From assembly GCF_033153115.1 (NCBI RefSeq), contig NW_026889750.1:29512001-29576000 (forward strand): a stretch of DNA of 64,000 bases, read 5' to 3'. Positions within the stretch are counted from its first letter, which is position 1. Every line of letters starts with the position of its first letter. Position numbers and translations under genes: made by a program. The stretch comes from Saccostrea echinata (lineage: Eukaryota). The notes under the pieces are model-generated. The model did not search any database. It worked only from the letters and a program-made list of their open reading frames with translations, and was not told where the DNA came from. Below, piece after piece: positions 22,541 through 33,337 of the stretch.

Positions 22541-23480
22541 ATTTTGTTTTTGTTTTTTGGTTTTTTTTTAATTATTTTATTTTTTCACACAATTCATTCT
22601 ATACAAAATATCCACTATCTTTTCTATAACAGAACTGTGCATATATAGAATTATAAGAGAGAGAGTTACAAAAATAGTTAGTTCCGCCTGTTCCACTGAG
22701 TGTCAAATTTCTCTTTTTCACCACTTTTATACGAAATATATTTTTGTGTTTGGTAAAAATAACTCAAGTGTGATATCGCAGAGTGCACATTTAGAGGTTT
22801 TTCAGTACATCTAGAAGTATAAATATACTATTTTAACCATAAGATTAAGATATTAGATATTTCATTATTTTTTCCTCCAATTCCTAAAATAAATGATTTT
22901 TTTTTGTTATGGGCAAATGGAGGTTGCTGGAGATAATATTCAAAGTTTTCAAGGAGTGATTGTACAAGATCACATTCCCATAGGATATGTTTAATTGTCT
23001 CTTCTTCTTTTTGACAAAAATTACACTGCTTAGAAACAACCTTTCTGATTTTGAGTAAAAAAGAATTAGTTGCCAATATTTTTTTTATAGTTCTGTACTG
23101 AAACCACTGGATTTTACAGTTTTTTTTTTTGTAACTTGGAATGGTAATTTTAGAATTATTTTGTATTCCTTGCTATCCAAGTCAAATAATTCAGTCCACT
23201 TTTTGTAACCAGCTGTTATAGAGGAATTTCATAGAAGTTTTTTGATTTTTTGCATTTTGATACAAGATGAAAAATAAACATAAGAAGAGGATTTTCTGAT
23301 TTTTGTAAATTTTTATCAAAATTGCTCCTCTATCCAAGCTTCAACTGCATGGATTAAGCTAGAATATTCTATCTTTATATCTGGATAAGTATTGAAAAAG
23401 CATTCATAGCTATAAAAAGTGCCATCTACTCCAATAATATCATTAATATATCTAATATTATTGTCAAAAGGATGATTTTG
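22541..23480 (-). mobile_element. 5'-truncated, decayed L1/Tx1-clade non-LTR retrotransposon (ORF2 C-terminus + A-rich tail)
   Basis: ORF 23076-22828 gives ATNSFLLKI...CNFCQKEEETIKHILWECDLVQ (zf-RVT-type CCHC); upstream remnant IRYINDIIGVDGTFYSYE; T-rich tract at 22541-22586 reads as a poly(A) tail on the minus strand; frameshifts present. Confidence 0.8.
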
Positions 23481-23616
23481 TTATTTTTTTTATGAATATG
23501 GTATAAGACGCAAAGTTGTGAACAAAAAACTACACAGTGTTTAGTGCATAATGCGCTCCATACTGAAGATCCGTAGTCGCTATTTTATAAATGTTCACCC
23601 AACCGAAAATGTTAAT

Positions 23617-24197
23617 TTGGATGTTTTACTGATTATAGACGATAAGGGTCAACTAACAACTAAATTGTATGACAGACTTCAACTTTTCCATCGTCAGCTT
23701 TCCTTATTTATGTAGTAATATCCCGCTATCACCTGCATATAGTGTTTACATCTCCCAACTTATTCGATACTCAAGAGTATGCCCCGAGTACTGTCAATTT
23801 TTAAACTGAGACAGGCTACTGACAGATAAGTTGATGTTATAGGGATTTCAACAACCTCGTTTAAAGTGAGTATTTCGTAAATTTTATGGTCGTTATAATG
23901 ACCTTGTCAGCAAATATAACCTATCAGTGGGTCGTATTTTGACCGACTTGTTTCATACCAATTGTAAAGCCTTTGTTCTTGTACTGGATTTGACTAGTGA
24001 ATGTTCCGTATATCTGATCAATATATAGGGCTCTCGGCAGATGTGACCGGTCAACAGGGGATGCTTACTCCTCCTAGGCACCTGATCCCACCTCTGGAAT
24101 TTCCAGGGGTCCGTATTTTATGCCCTCTTCACAGAATTGTATTGTTTATAGATTTTTTGAGATCGATCACTGTTCGTTATCTTCACCTTTTTCATTT
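23617..24197 (+). mobile_element. Penelope-like element relic: RT C-terminus and 3' untranslated region
   Basis: Hand translation LDVLLIIDDKGQLTTKLYD/FNFSIVSFPYLCSNIPLSPAYSVYISQLIRYSRVC...FRKFYGRY matches the PLE RT motif YDKRDDFNFxIVNFP..SNIP..PAYGVYISQLIRY; three in-frame stops and a deletion. Confidence 0.85.
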
Positions 24198-25182
24198 TTT
24201 TGTTATATTTTTGCGGAAATACACGAACATAGGAAATTGCACACAAAGATTTATAACACGTTAGAAACCTTCTCTTGACCATCCGTCTATTTTTCTATTA
24301 ATTTTCTTTTAAAGCCTTTAATCATACAATTCTTATTTTTCTTTTTTTTTTATTGGTATAATTTATATTTGTATGTAGCCTGGTCAAGTATAGAGACTAC
24401 ATCAAGATAGATATACACATGTATCCTTTTGCATTGGTAATATTGATTTTGAAGAACTCTCTGTTGCAACCCTTCGTGTAAAAACATATTTAATGCATCA
24501 TTTTATTTTAAGGGTTCATGTGCAACCCACTGTATTAACCCCCCCCCCCCTCGTTTCCTTTTGATTTGTTCTTGTTTTAAACGCCCATCAAACCTTCACA
24601 TTTAGGGTATTATTGCAACATGTAAAGGGCGTCTATTGACACTGATGCTTAAATTAAATGCAAAGAAGTCTAAACTTTTTTCACATGAGGAAAAAAATAA
24701 GAAAATAACAAAACACGATACTGTGCTTGGAAGTAATTAGTTAATTAAACATTTGAATAACAGAATTTTGAAAAGAGAGGACAACGGAGCTTTTGGACAT
24801 CTCTAAAGGGATGTTTCATTTACAATTTAGAAATTTTTGACGAGGAACCCCCATCCCTGATCACTGACGGGATGGGTGTTCAACGTTATACCCATTCCTG
24901 ATCACTGACGGAATGGGTATTTGCAGGGCCTAAAGTTCCGAAAGATGTGAAAATTTTGGAATAGTTAAATTTTGTTCGCAATGCTAGCCTCAGATCTGTC
25001 TCCAAGGCCAACATTGCGTATTTTTTTTTTTAAAAAGAGCCAAAAAGGAAACAGGTTGAATTAAAGGCCAAACAACCAAATAAAGAGCTCGGGTGTCCCC
25101 TCTTTGGTTCCAATGTTTAAAATTACAAGCTTCAAAATAATTGTATAATTTTAGTCAATGATATTAAGAGTTCAGATCCAAT

Positions 25183-25322
25183 TTATTCGGCAGTGTTGTT
25201 GACATATTTCTCGAACCTCTCCATCTCCTTGTGGGCCACTTCAATCTCTTTCTGGATACGGGCTTCCTCTCTATTCTGTTGTGCCCGCTCCTGTTTCTCG
25301 GCCTGTGCCTTTTCCTGAGATT
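25183..25322 (-). CDS. Stathmin-like small protein, exon 2 (ESQEKAQAEKQERAQQNREEARIQKEIEVAHKEMERFEKYVNNTAE*)
   Basis: Acceptor TTTTCTTCCTGTTTGACAG (AG at 25324-25323); phase-1 join to exon 1 gives GAA and an open coiled-coil-like frame to TAA at 25185-25183. Confidence 0.85.
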
Positions 25323-25550
25323 CTGTCAAACAGGAAGAAAATCAATATTAAAATTCTTTAAAATTGTTATAAATACCGTACGAAACCTTTTTCAAGTCAT
25401 AAATACATCTTGATATGATAACTACAGTTATTTCAATATAGTATTTCAATTACTTGGAGCAAATAGCTACTTAGCTGATCTTACGGAGTATCTCAGGAAA
25501 AGAAGCTGTTTTTGTTGAAATTGCCTCATACTAAATTGTTATACACCTAC

Positions 25551-25773
25551 CTCTCCATTTCTCAAAGTCCTCCTTTTTGTTTTCAAGCAGTCTGGCTGGG
25601 GCCATCTTCGGGGTTTCCTCTGAAACGAAGGTGAGATCAAAGGCCACACCGCCTTTCTTTTCTTTTACTTCCTCTGCGACCATTGTACGTCGTACTTTCT
25701 CGTACGCCTCTATCTCTTCCTTCATCACGCCCACTTTGTTATTTCTGGCAAAACAACTCTGAAGAAGACCCAT
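25551..25773 (-). CDS. Stathmin-like small protein, exon 1 (spliced product 120 aa; 228-nt intron 25323-25550)
   Basis: MGLLQSC (MGxxxS myristoylation consensus + Cys), KGGVAFDL (cf. stathmin SGQAFEL), PARL..KKEDF; donor G|GTAGGT at 25551/25550; coding-like E/K-rich composition. Family assignment rests on motif recall only. Confidence 0.8.
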
Positions 25774-25789
25774 GATCTTTACAGAGTGT

Positions 25790-25872
25790 CAATGACTGTA
25801 TCTAACAACAAAGCTTTTGTTGATAAATATTTGTGACGTCACAGTGGGACAAGTTTGATTATGACGTCATAA
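25790..25872 (-). promoter_or_regulatory. Proximal promoter of the stathmin-like gene: two full CRE palindromes, TATA-like and Inr-like elements
   Basis: TGACGTCA at 25834-25841 and 25862-25869, both with extended palindromic flanks; minus-strand TATTTAT ~25829-25823 and TCATT ~25795-25791. Confidence 0.6.
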
Positions 25873-26260
25873 ATAATCAACAAACTCCAAGGTTGCTAGT
25901 TGACAGTACTGTCGACCATTGACAGTTGACTTTTCGTCAAGCTCACAAATTGCTGACATAACAATAAGAAGCACGATCAGTAGAGACGTAACGTTAGGGT
26001 TAGTCGCACAAGCTCTTAATTTGTTTCTGTAATAATTTTTAACCCATAGTATAATAATAATACAAGTTCTTAATACAAGACTTAGCTGAAATTTGCTTCT
26101 CAACCAATGAAAATCATTCGCCCAAATGTCATTCTATTTTTATCAAACCATACACGTGGGTATATTGAAGTGAAAACAAAGTATTTTCGAATAAGCTAAT
26201 GAAAATATCCACAAATGCTTCTGTTCATGTGTAGGAATTTAGGCTAGACTGTGGACATCT

Positions 26261-26333
26261 ACCTGGATAGCTTAGTGGTTAGAGCACCTGACTAGTAATG
26301 CAGGGGTCCCGGGTTCGATTCCCGGTCCAGCCA
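26261..26333 (+). pseudogene. tRNA-Thr(AGT)-like cassette in the 5' LTR
   Basis: A box TAGCTTAGTGG, CT-AGT-AA loop (AGT 26294-26296), T arm CCGGG-TTCGATT-CCCGG, T5 at 26338-26342; two acceptor-stem mismatches and one extra base in the anticodon arm. Confidence 0.8.
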
Positions 26334-26556
26334 TATGTTTTTCATTATATATATATTTATGAATTTTCAATGTATATGAACTCATTCCTCCTTTCGATAC
26401 TACAGATGGTGCCGTGGCCTACCTTGTTCAGGCAATATGATATGTATATGTAATTAATGTTAAGTCCTGACAAGGTGAACATGTGTTGTGTCTTCGGGGG
26501 CGAAGACTATTTAAGGAGGGAGGAATGTAGAAATTTAGGCAGGACTGCGGACATCG

Positions 26557-26629
26557 GCCTGGATAGCTGAGTGGTTAGAGCACCTAACTAGTAATGCAGG
26601 GTTCCCGGGTTCGATTCCCGGTCCAGCCA
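26557..26629 (+). pseudogene. tRNA-Thr(AGT)-like cassette in the 3' LTR
   Basis: A box TAGCTGAGTGG, AGT at 26590-26592, B box GGTTCGATTCC, acceptor stem 6/7 paired, T5 at 26634-26638. Confidence 0.8.
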
Positions 26630-27268
26630 TATGTTTTTCATTATATATATATTTATGTATATTAACTCATTCCTCCTTTCCATACTACACATGCAACCTC
26701 TTCCTATTTTTTTAAGACGTGTGAATGTACTTGTTGGTATAATTATTACAAAGCCTAGTAATCTATTCTTCTATTTTAATGACCGAATGCACTATCTATG
26801 GCTGGAAACACGTGGGATTTATGGAAATGTTGTATATAAGTCTTGCCTTTTGGCCTTGTGTGCCTTGTCTTGTGGACACGAGAGCCGTACGCCCTGCAAA
26901 ACGTAAGGTTTTAGACTTATAAGGCAAGCCTTACTGTGTGTACCGGCCCTTACACTTTCAGAGAGTACGCACTGACAAACTGTTTATTACCACAACGTCA
27001 AATACTAGATGCAATGCATTTTTCTGAATGTGATAAACGCGTGTCTTTTCTACAAATATCTTAAATAACTATATGTATTATTTAAAGGTTTGCACATAAA
27101 AAACCCAATATTGTAATAAATTTTAATTAAATTAATATACTGAAAGAAAAAAGAAACGCATACCTTAATATATAAAGTTAGCAGTTTCTGCACGTGTATA
27201 TAACCGGCGGCTTTTGGCCTTAAGGTCAATAGGGGTCTTTTAGTTAAAGAAATTCATGACCACGTTTC

Positions 27269-27273
<5 letters not shown>

Positions 27274-27308
<35 letters not shown>
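27274..27308. repeat. (AG)n microsatellite
   Basis: About 17 AG units, directly visible. Confidence 0.95.
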
Positions 27309-27310
<2 letters not shown>

Positions 27311-28977
27311 TAATGACTATGTACTGTATGCATTATATGAATTTCTGACCTTTTGACCTCATAATCAACAAGAATCTTTTTAAGAGTCATATTGACTAAA
27401 GGTATAACATTTCATTGCAAAACCTCAAAGAGAAAATTATCATCAGGAAACCATGTTATGCAAGATATGAATATTTTACCTTGACTTTTTGACCTAAAAC
27501 TCAATAGGGGTCTCCTTCAAGTCATTGGGAGTTATGATAAAATATTTCATTGAAAAAGCTCAAGAAAAACTTAAGTTATCATCTGGAAACCGTTTTTTGC
27601 AATATATGAATTCCTGACCTTGACCTTATACCTTTCGACCTAAAAATCATTAGGGATTAGGGGTCTTCTTTAATTATAACTTACTCTCATTTGAACATGG
27701 CATAATACCTTATACTGTGATGTTTTAATTATAGGATAACATTACAATGGGTTTATAAGCTGGGAAATTTTTTTTTTTCTCAGTTCGAATTAGAATTTAT
27801 CTTTCGTCCGTGTGTCTGTCGTCAATCAATTTGCCTATGCATTTTTTACTGCTTCTCAAGAACTACCGGACCATTTTTTAGTACATTGCCACAGGCCAAT
27901 AGCGTAGCCTAAAGCAAAAAGAATACCTTGAATGAATCAAATTTAAAACGAATTTGATCGAAAAAAAAAAAGGTGACAGAACAACAAATGGGGCAAAACA
28001 CTACTCGTGCGAGGAAAGTTGTGCAAAAAAAAAAGGATTGGAACTTCTTACTGAAAAATGTAGAAAGAAAACTTTTTTGGAATGACACAAATATATGATA
28101 AGATCATTACTGCAACACTCTTGTGGAAGATGTGAACTAAAATCCTAGTAATACAAAACATCTTTCAGCAAATGATGTTCATAAAAACAAGTCATATGGC
28201 TTACCCATAAGAAACTTGAATTCAATAGTTTGGTAGCGAAAGAAATTGAATATTATAATAATTTTAAAAGGTGTCATTTACCGCTCTCTGTGCAATAATT
28301 TATAAAGAATCATGCATACATACAATGTATGCATGATTCAGGGAAATGGGTGTACATACATGAACCAATATCAACTTTGCCAAACTAATAATGGGAAAAT
28401 AAGTAGAAACATTTCATTTTTACTGTTGTGAGAGCCAAAGTTTTCTCGATTGTGTGTTATAATTATACGATGTATGTAGTAGCCACAACGCTCTTGATAT
28501 GTGAGGTTCCAAAAACCAGGATTAAAGCATGTGTGTTAATTTTTTAATCCGAAATACAGCCTCCAAATCGAACCCGAGACATAGATAATATTATTTATGT
28601 TTATGTTTATGTTTTTTTTTTCAAAGTAACGATTTAAAGATCAAGATCATTAATATAGAAAAATAAACAGAACACTTCCAAAAAAAAGCATACACTCAAA
28701 ACATGCATAAACTGCAAATGTTCAACGAAATAAGAAAAAAAACAAGAATGATTTTGATAAAGAGATGCTGAAAGGAAATTTTACCCAAAATCATAATAAA
28801 GAACAATTTCAAACAACAAATTAGTAAAAAGAGATAATTAATTAACAGAAGTATATGATTTTAACATTATTTTTAACTGGTACAGCAGCAAAAATGCCCA
28901 AACAAGAGGGGAAATGGTGACCAATATCGTAAAAAGAAGCTTTATAACGGTAAATCATGCAGAGACTTTGAAGAACA

Positions 28978-29154
28978 NNNNNNNNNNNNNNNNNNNNNNN
29001 NNNNNNNNNNNNNNNNNNNNNNNNNNNNNNNNNNNNNNNNNNNNNNNNNNNNNNNNNNNNNNNNNNNNNNNNNNNNNNNNNNNNNNNNNNNNNNNNNNNN
29101 NNNNNNNNNNNNNNNNNNNNNNNNNNNNNNNNNNNNNNNNNNNNNNNNNNNNNN
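28978..29154. other. Assembly gap (177 N)
   Basis: Run of n characters. Confidence 1.
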
Positions 29155-29533
29155 TATTGAATACGTTTAAAGAAGGATAACTCTTCTGGTCTTATTATAA
29201 ATTTGGCTAAACATTATGCTGTTCTCTGTGCTTGTGTATTAATTTATAAAATTAAACTTAAAAATTTACATGAAAAGCCGTAGATTAGATTAAGAGAAAA
29301 GTGGAAATTTATTTTCTATGTTCACTTAGCCTAATGATTTTAGAACTTTATTTCTTTCTAAGATAAAGTGTAGTGTGTACATGGTATGCGCTAAAAACTT
29401 TTATATTATTTTACATAGTTACATATTACATTGAATTTGTTTATTGTTATTAAGATAGATGCAATTTTGGATTGTCATAGTTTTTTTTTGTTTTTTTTTT
29501 TTTTGTTTGTTTTTTTTGGTAGCTGTTTTCTGT

Positions 29534-29715
29534 TTTCGCGCGCTTTTATTTAATCGACTTCCGGAATTCTACTGTTGCTAAAATTACGTCACTTGGAGGA
29601 TTTCACCGCCATCTTTAAAATAGTTCAGGAGGTCGCTGAACACCTGAACATGGTAAAGTGACTGTCTAGCACCCAAATAGAAAAGTAGCTGTGTTCGAAT
29701 CCCCCAAATGTAAGT
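29534..29715 (+). promoter_or_regulatory. Probable promoter and first non-coding exon of the downstream + strand gene
   Basis: Local CpG enrichment; E2F-like TTTCGCGC (29534-29541), ETS ACTTCCGG (29557-29564), CRE-like TTACGTCA (29584-29591), YY1 CCGCCATCTT (29606-29615); candidate donors GTAAAG at 29653 and GTAAGT at 29710. Confidence 0.6.
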
Positions 29716-31445
29716 AATTCGATAATTTATTATCAGTATCGTCAAAGGCTAATGTTGTTTGTCAGGATTTTAGAAATTGACCCGAAACAAACATGCTCGG
29801 GGTCAAGGCACGAGAAAATGTCTTTAGTACAGACAAAAGTTTTTTCACTTTACAAATAGTTTTCCAATGTATTCTGTGAAGCATATCTATTTATTTTGAT
29901 AATAAATTAGTCTCCATTTCTTTCTTTCAGTAGAGTTTAGCTCTTTAATTTTGTATTGCATTTTCATGATTTTGACATTTATGTATATTCAAAGGGCGGT
30001 AACTCCAATATTGACTCCACTTTTTGGGGTTGGGGGGTTGGAGGAGAATGCACAATATTTAGCAAGAAACAAACAAAAATTTTGTTTGATTATTGACGTT
30101 TAAGCAAATCATGACAAGTTTAATATAAAGTTACTGTTTAGAATGTTAGGTCAAATATTTGTGCAGTATCATATCAGAATCAGTATTTATATATTTAAAC
30201 CTAAATTCACAGTAAAGTTGGTCATGAAAATTTTGAAATAAAACTTAGAGGAACAAAAATCAAAGATTAAGAATTGTGCATCTCTTGTTTTACAGAGTTG
30301 GGACTCTGGATCTTATTTTTTTTAGTATATAATAATAATATGGTAGAGTCAGAGTGCTTTATGTGTATATAAATAAAACATCTTAGAAGATAAGAGCTAA
30401 TGGTAGGTTATTTTAGGAAGTGAGAATTTATAAAATTCCCTAGTTCCAACTGGAATATAAAATGGATTTTGTTATTTATACAGCATTTAAAAAATTTAAT
30501 GCATCTTGATTTTCTTTCTTTATGTGAAGAAACAGCATAAGTACATAGAACAGAAAATGAAGACAGTGTACAATGATTAGATTATGTTGTGTATTACTAT
30601 TATGTAATTTGTAACTGTTTATATTTTACTTGTTCATAATAAATATGGAAAGATGTAATTCAGTTAGTACTTGTATACTGATTCACATGGTACCCGCATG
30701 AATTCTACTTGAACTTGAAATTTATGTTCTTATTCAGTCTTTCTTTATGTCAAATATACAGTGTTGCAGTTGAAGATAAAGGGAACAAAAAAAATCTCTT
30801 TGTTTTCATGATAAATGTGTCCACTCCTTGTACATGTATGTATCAATAAAATGTTTGTGTACACAGTTTTCATTTAGGACTATAGGACCTGAGTAACTTT
30901 AGGGATTTTGCACCACTTAGTACTGGGGCTGGGGGCCATTAAAATTGGGAAAATTAGCAACTTTTGGGGAATTTTGGGAAAATCAATATATACATGACAG
31001 GGATAGACATTAACTTTCAGATTCAGAACTCAAACTTTGACTTGTACGAATGCCAAACTTGGTTGCCCAAAATTTAGAAAGAAGAAAACACCGGTAACTT
31101 AATATATTATTGTAAATGAAGTGTGACATATTAATTAAATAAACTGCCAGAAAAAAATGTTGATATATGCCGGTGATGCTACATTTGTAAAATACATGTA
31201 CATGTATATCATTTTCCTGTCATTTACTATGCTGAAAACTCACACTACCATGCAGCATTATTCCTTAAAATTCATATTTTTAAAATTATTTTCTGTACAA
31301 TCTTAATTTTGTGAATTTTGATTTTTTTCCCCCCTGAAAAACTGAAGCCATGTTATGCTTAAAGGAAAACTGTTTCCATGTTTTGAAACACACACATCCT
31401 GACCAGGATACATCCTGCGCCTAGAATAACTGTTCTAACTATTTT

Positions 31446-31993
31446 AGGAATGACTCTAATTCTTGGCCAAATTATTCGAGTATAACCTGGTTTGGGTCAG
31501 TTTACGCTTTATAATCCGCGAAGCGGATTATAAAACAGCGTAAACTGACCCAAACCAGGTTATACTCGAATAATTTGGCCAAGAATTAGAGTCATTCCTT
31601 ATAATTTAATTCTAAAATCATTAAACAACTGTGGGTGTAAAATTTCGTTGCTTTTTATTAGTTCAAATTTGCCGCTCAATAATACAACCCTAGTAACGGA
31701 AGTGATGGGAAGCAAGGGGAGGTAAAAACTGATACATGGTCCTAGCAGCCATGTTTTTTGTTTACATGTGGTAAGGTCCGAGTTGCTGTTTGAAGCTAAA
31801 GGTAAATTTATTAAATCTGGAATTTTCCATGAATCCCGAGGACTGGAGATGAGAGGATTGCATGGATACAGACGATTCAGCTGGTTGTCAGGGGGGTGTG
31901 TCCCCATACCAAACCAGGTTATACAGAAATAATTTGTGTTCCTTTTTGGATATTAACCAATCAGAGGCTAGAATACAAACAAAATTAAATTAT
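31446..31993. mobile_element. Non-autonomous hairpin element with internal complement of both termini (Crypton/DIRS-like, tyrosine-recombinase type)
   Basis: Near-perfect inverted repeat 31446-31599 capped by GCGAAGC; ATAATTTAATT (31601-31611) is complementary to the right end AATTAAATTAT (31983-31993); CCAAACCAGGTTATAC recurs near 31909; no clear TSD. Confidence 0.65.
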
Positions 31994-32471
31994 TCCATAA
32001 TATCTAATTTCATAAGAAGAATGTTAAGAAAGTTTTCCAACGGAGAACATATTTTTGTGAAAACGGAATAACGAACCCGATATCGGAATAAATGTTCTGA
32101 TTGAAAAACACTATGAACGTCTGACCAAGGGGTTCCGAATGCAGAACCTGGCGGAAATCAGTGTTCAATTTTTTTTATTAACTAATGTAAGATTTCTATT
32201 AGAAATATTCACTTGCCTGATCGGACAATTACATTGACAGTTTAACTTGCTCGAACTGAGAATTTACTTTCCCCGGGCAATTGGACAACGGGTAATGTCG
32301 ATCCCTGCATGAAAACGCATCATATTTGGGGTTTGATATTACCTACATTTTTATTTTGCAATATGCAGAAGCATGAATAGCCAGTTTACTATTTATCCAA
32401 ATATATGTTCTTTAATTTTGAGGGGTAATGAGTATTGGAAAAAATACATATTCAGTTGGGAAAAAAAATAC

Positions 32472-33337
32472 CTTTTTAGCTCTACTGGTCAGAGACCAGA
32501 AGAGCTTATGCGATAGCAAGGTGTCCATCGTCCATCTGTCTGTAAACAATTTTTCAAAATGCTACTCCTCCTACAGTTTTGGTCTGATTTCAATATAACT
32601 TGGCACACAAGTAGATTAGACTTTATATCGGTTTTTGATTTCAATGAATGGTATTGCCATGGATACTAAAAATAGAAATTTCTTTGAAATTCCTTCAAAA
32701 CACTACTCAGTATTGGTCTGATTTCAGTATATCTTGGCACACAAGTAGACGACACAGATACATAATTCTCTTTATCGGTTTTTGATTTCAATGAATGATG
32801 TTGCCATGGTTACTAAAAATAGAAATTTCTTTTAAATTCCTTTAAAACATGCTACTCCTCGTACAATTTTGGTCTGATTTGAATATAATTTGGCACACAA
32901 GTATACTACACGAAGATTCACAATTCTATTTATCGGTTTTTGATTTTGATGAATGGTGATGCCATGGATACTAAAAATAGACATTTCTGTGAGATTCTTT
33001 TAAAATGCTTCTCCTACAGTTTTGGTCTGATTTTAATATAACTTGGCATGCAAGTGAACTACACTTACTGGGTAGATGCATAATTAATTCTCTTTATTGA
33101 TTTTTGACTTTGATGAACGGTGTTGCAATGGTTATTAAAAATAGAAATTTCTGAAAAATTCTTTTTAAAAGGCCTCTCCTCCTACAGTTTAATCTGATTG
33201 CAATAAATCTTGCAACTAAAAGAGACTAAACCAAGGATCATTATTCTATTTATTGCTGTTGCATAATTTCAAGTCCAAGTGCTACTTTTCTAAATACAAA
33301 CCAGTAGAGCTTCAGTCTCATCAGAGACTTCTGGTTT
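32472..33337 (+). mobile_element. HINE-type element with ~150-bp tandem units (relatives at ~5058-5095, 51490-51845, 55440-55930)
   Basis: 5' TTTTAGCTCTACTGGTC..GACCAGAAGAGC hairpin; 3' CCAGTAGAGCT subterminal inverted repeat plus AGTCTC-ATCA-GAGACT hairpin; about 4 internal units. Confidence 0.8.

Larger units (their letters stand above)
26230..26689 (+). mobile_element. Complete TRIM (miniature non-autonomous LTR retrotransposon) with tRNA-derived LTRs, Helenus-like
   Basis: LTRs 26230-26404 and 26526-26689, both TGTAG...CTACA; TSD CATG (26226-26229, 26690-26693); PBS TGGTGCCGTG at 26407-26416; PPT AAGGAGGGAGGAA at 26513-26525; 121-bp non-coding interior. Confidence 0.92.

Noticed and set aside
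24030-24115. SECIS or hammerhead ribozyme in the PLE 3' region
   Set aside because: GTGA...TGAT is present but helix II pairs poorly and there is no apical AA; no CTGANGA...GAAA core found. In-frame stops in the RT relic include TAG and look like decay.
24850-24917. Iron-responsive element (CAGUGA on the minus strand)
   Set aside because: Lacks the 5-bp upper stem and 5' C bulge of an IRE; kept only as an unexplained hairpin pair.
26261-26629. Two functional tRNA-Thr genes in tandem
   Set aside because: Acceptor mismatches and an extra base in the anticodon arm; both lie inside LTRs with PBS, PPT and TSD.
28914-29180. 88-aa ORF
   Set aside because: Open only because it spans the N gap.
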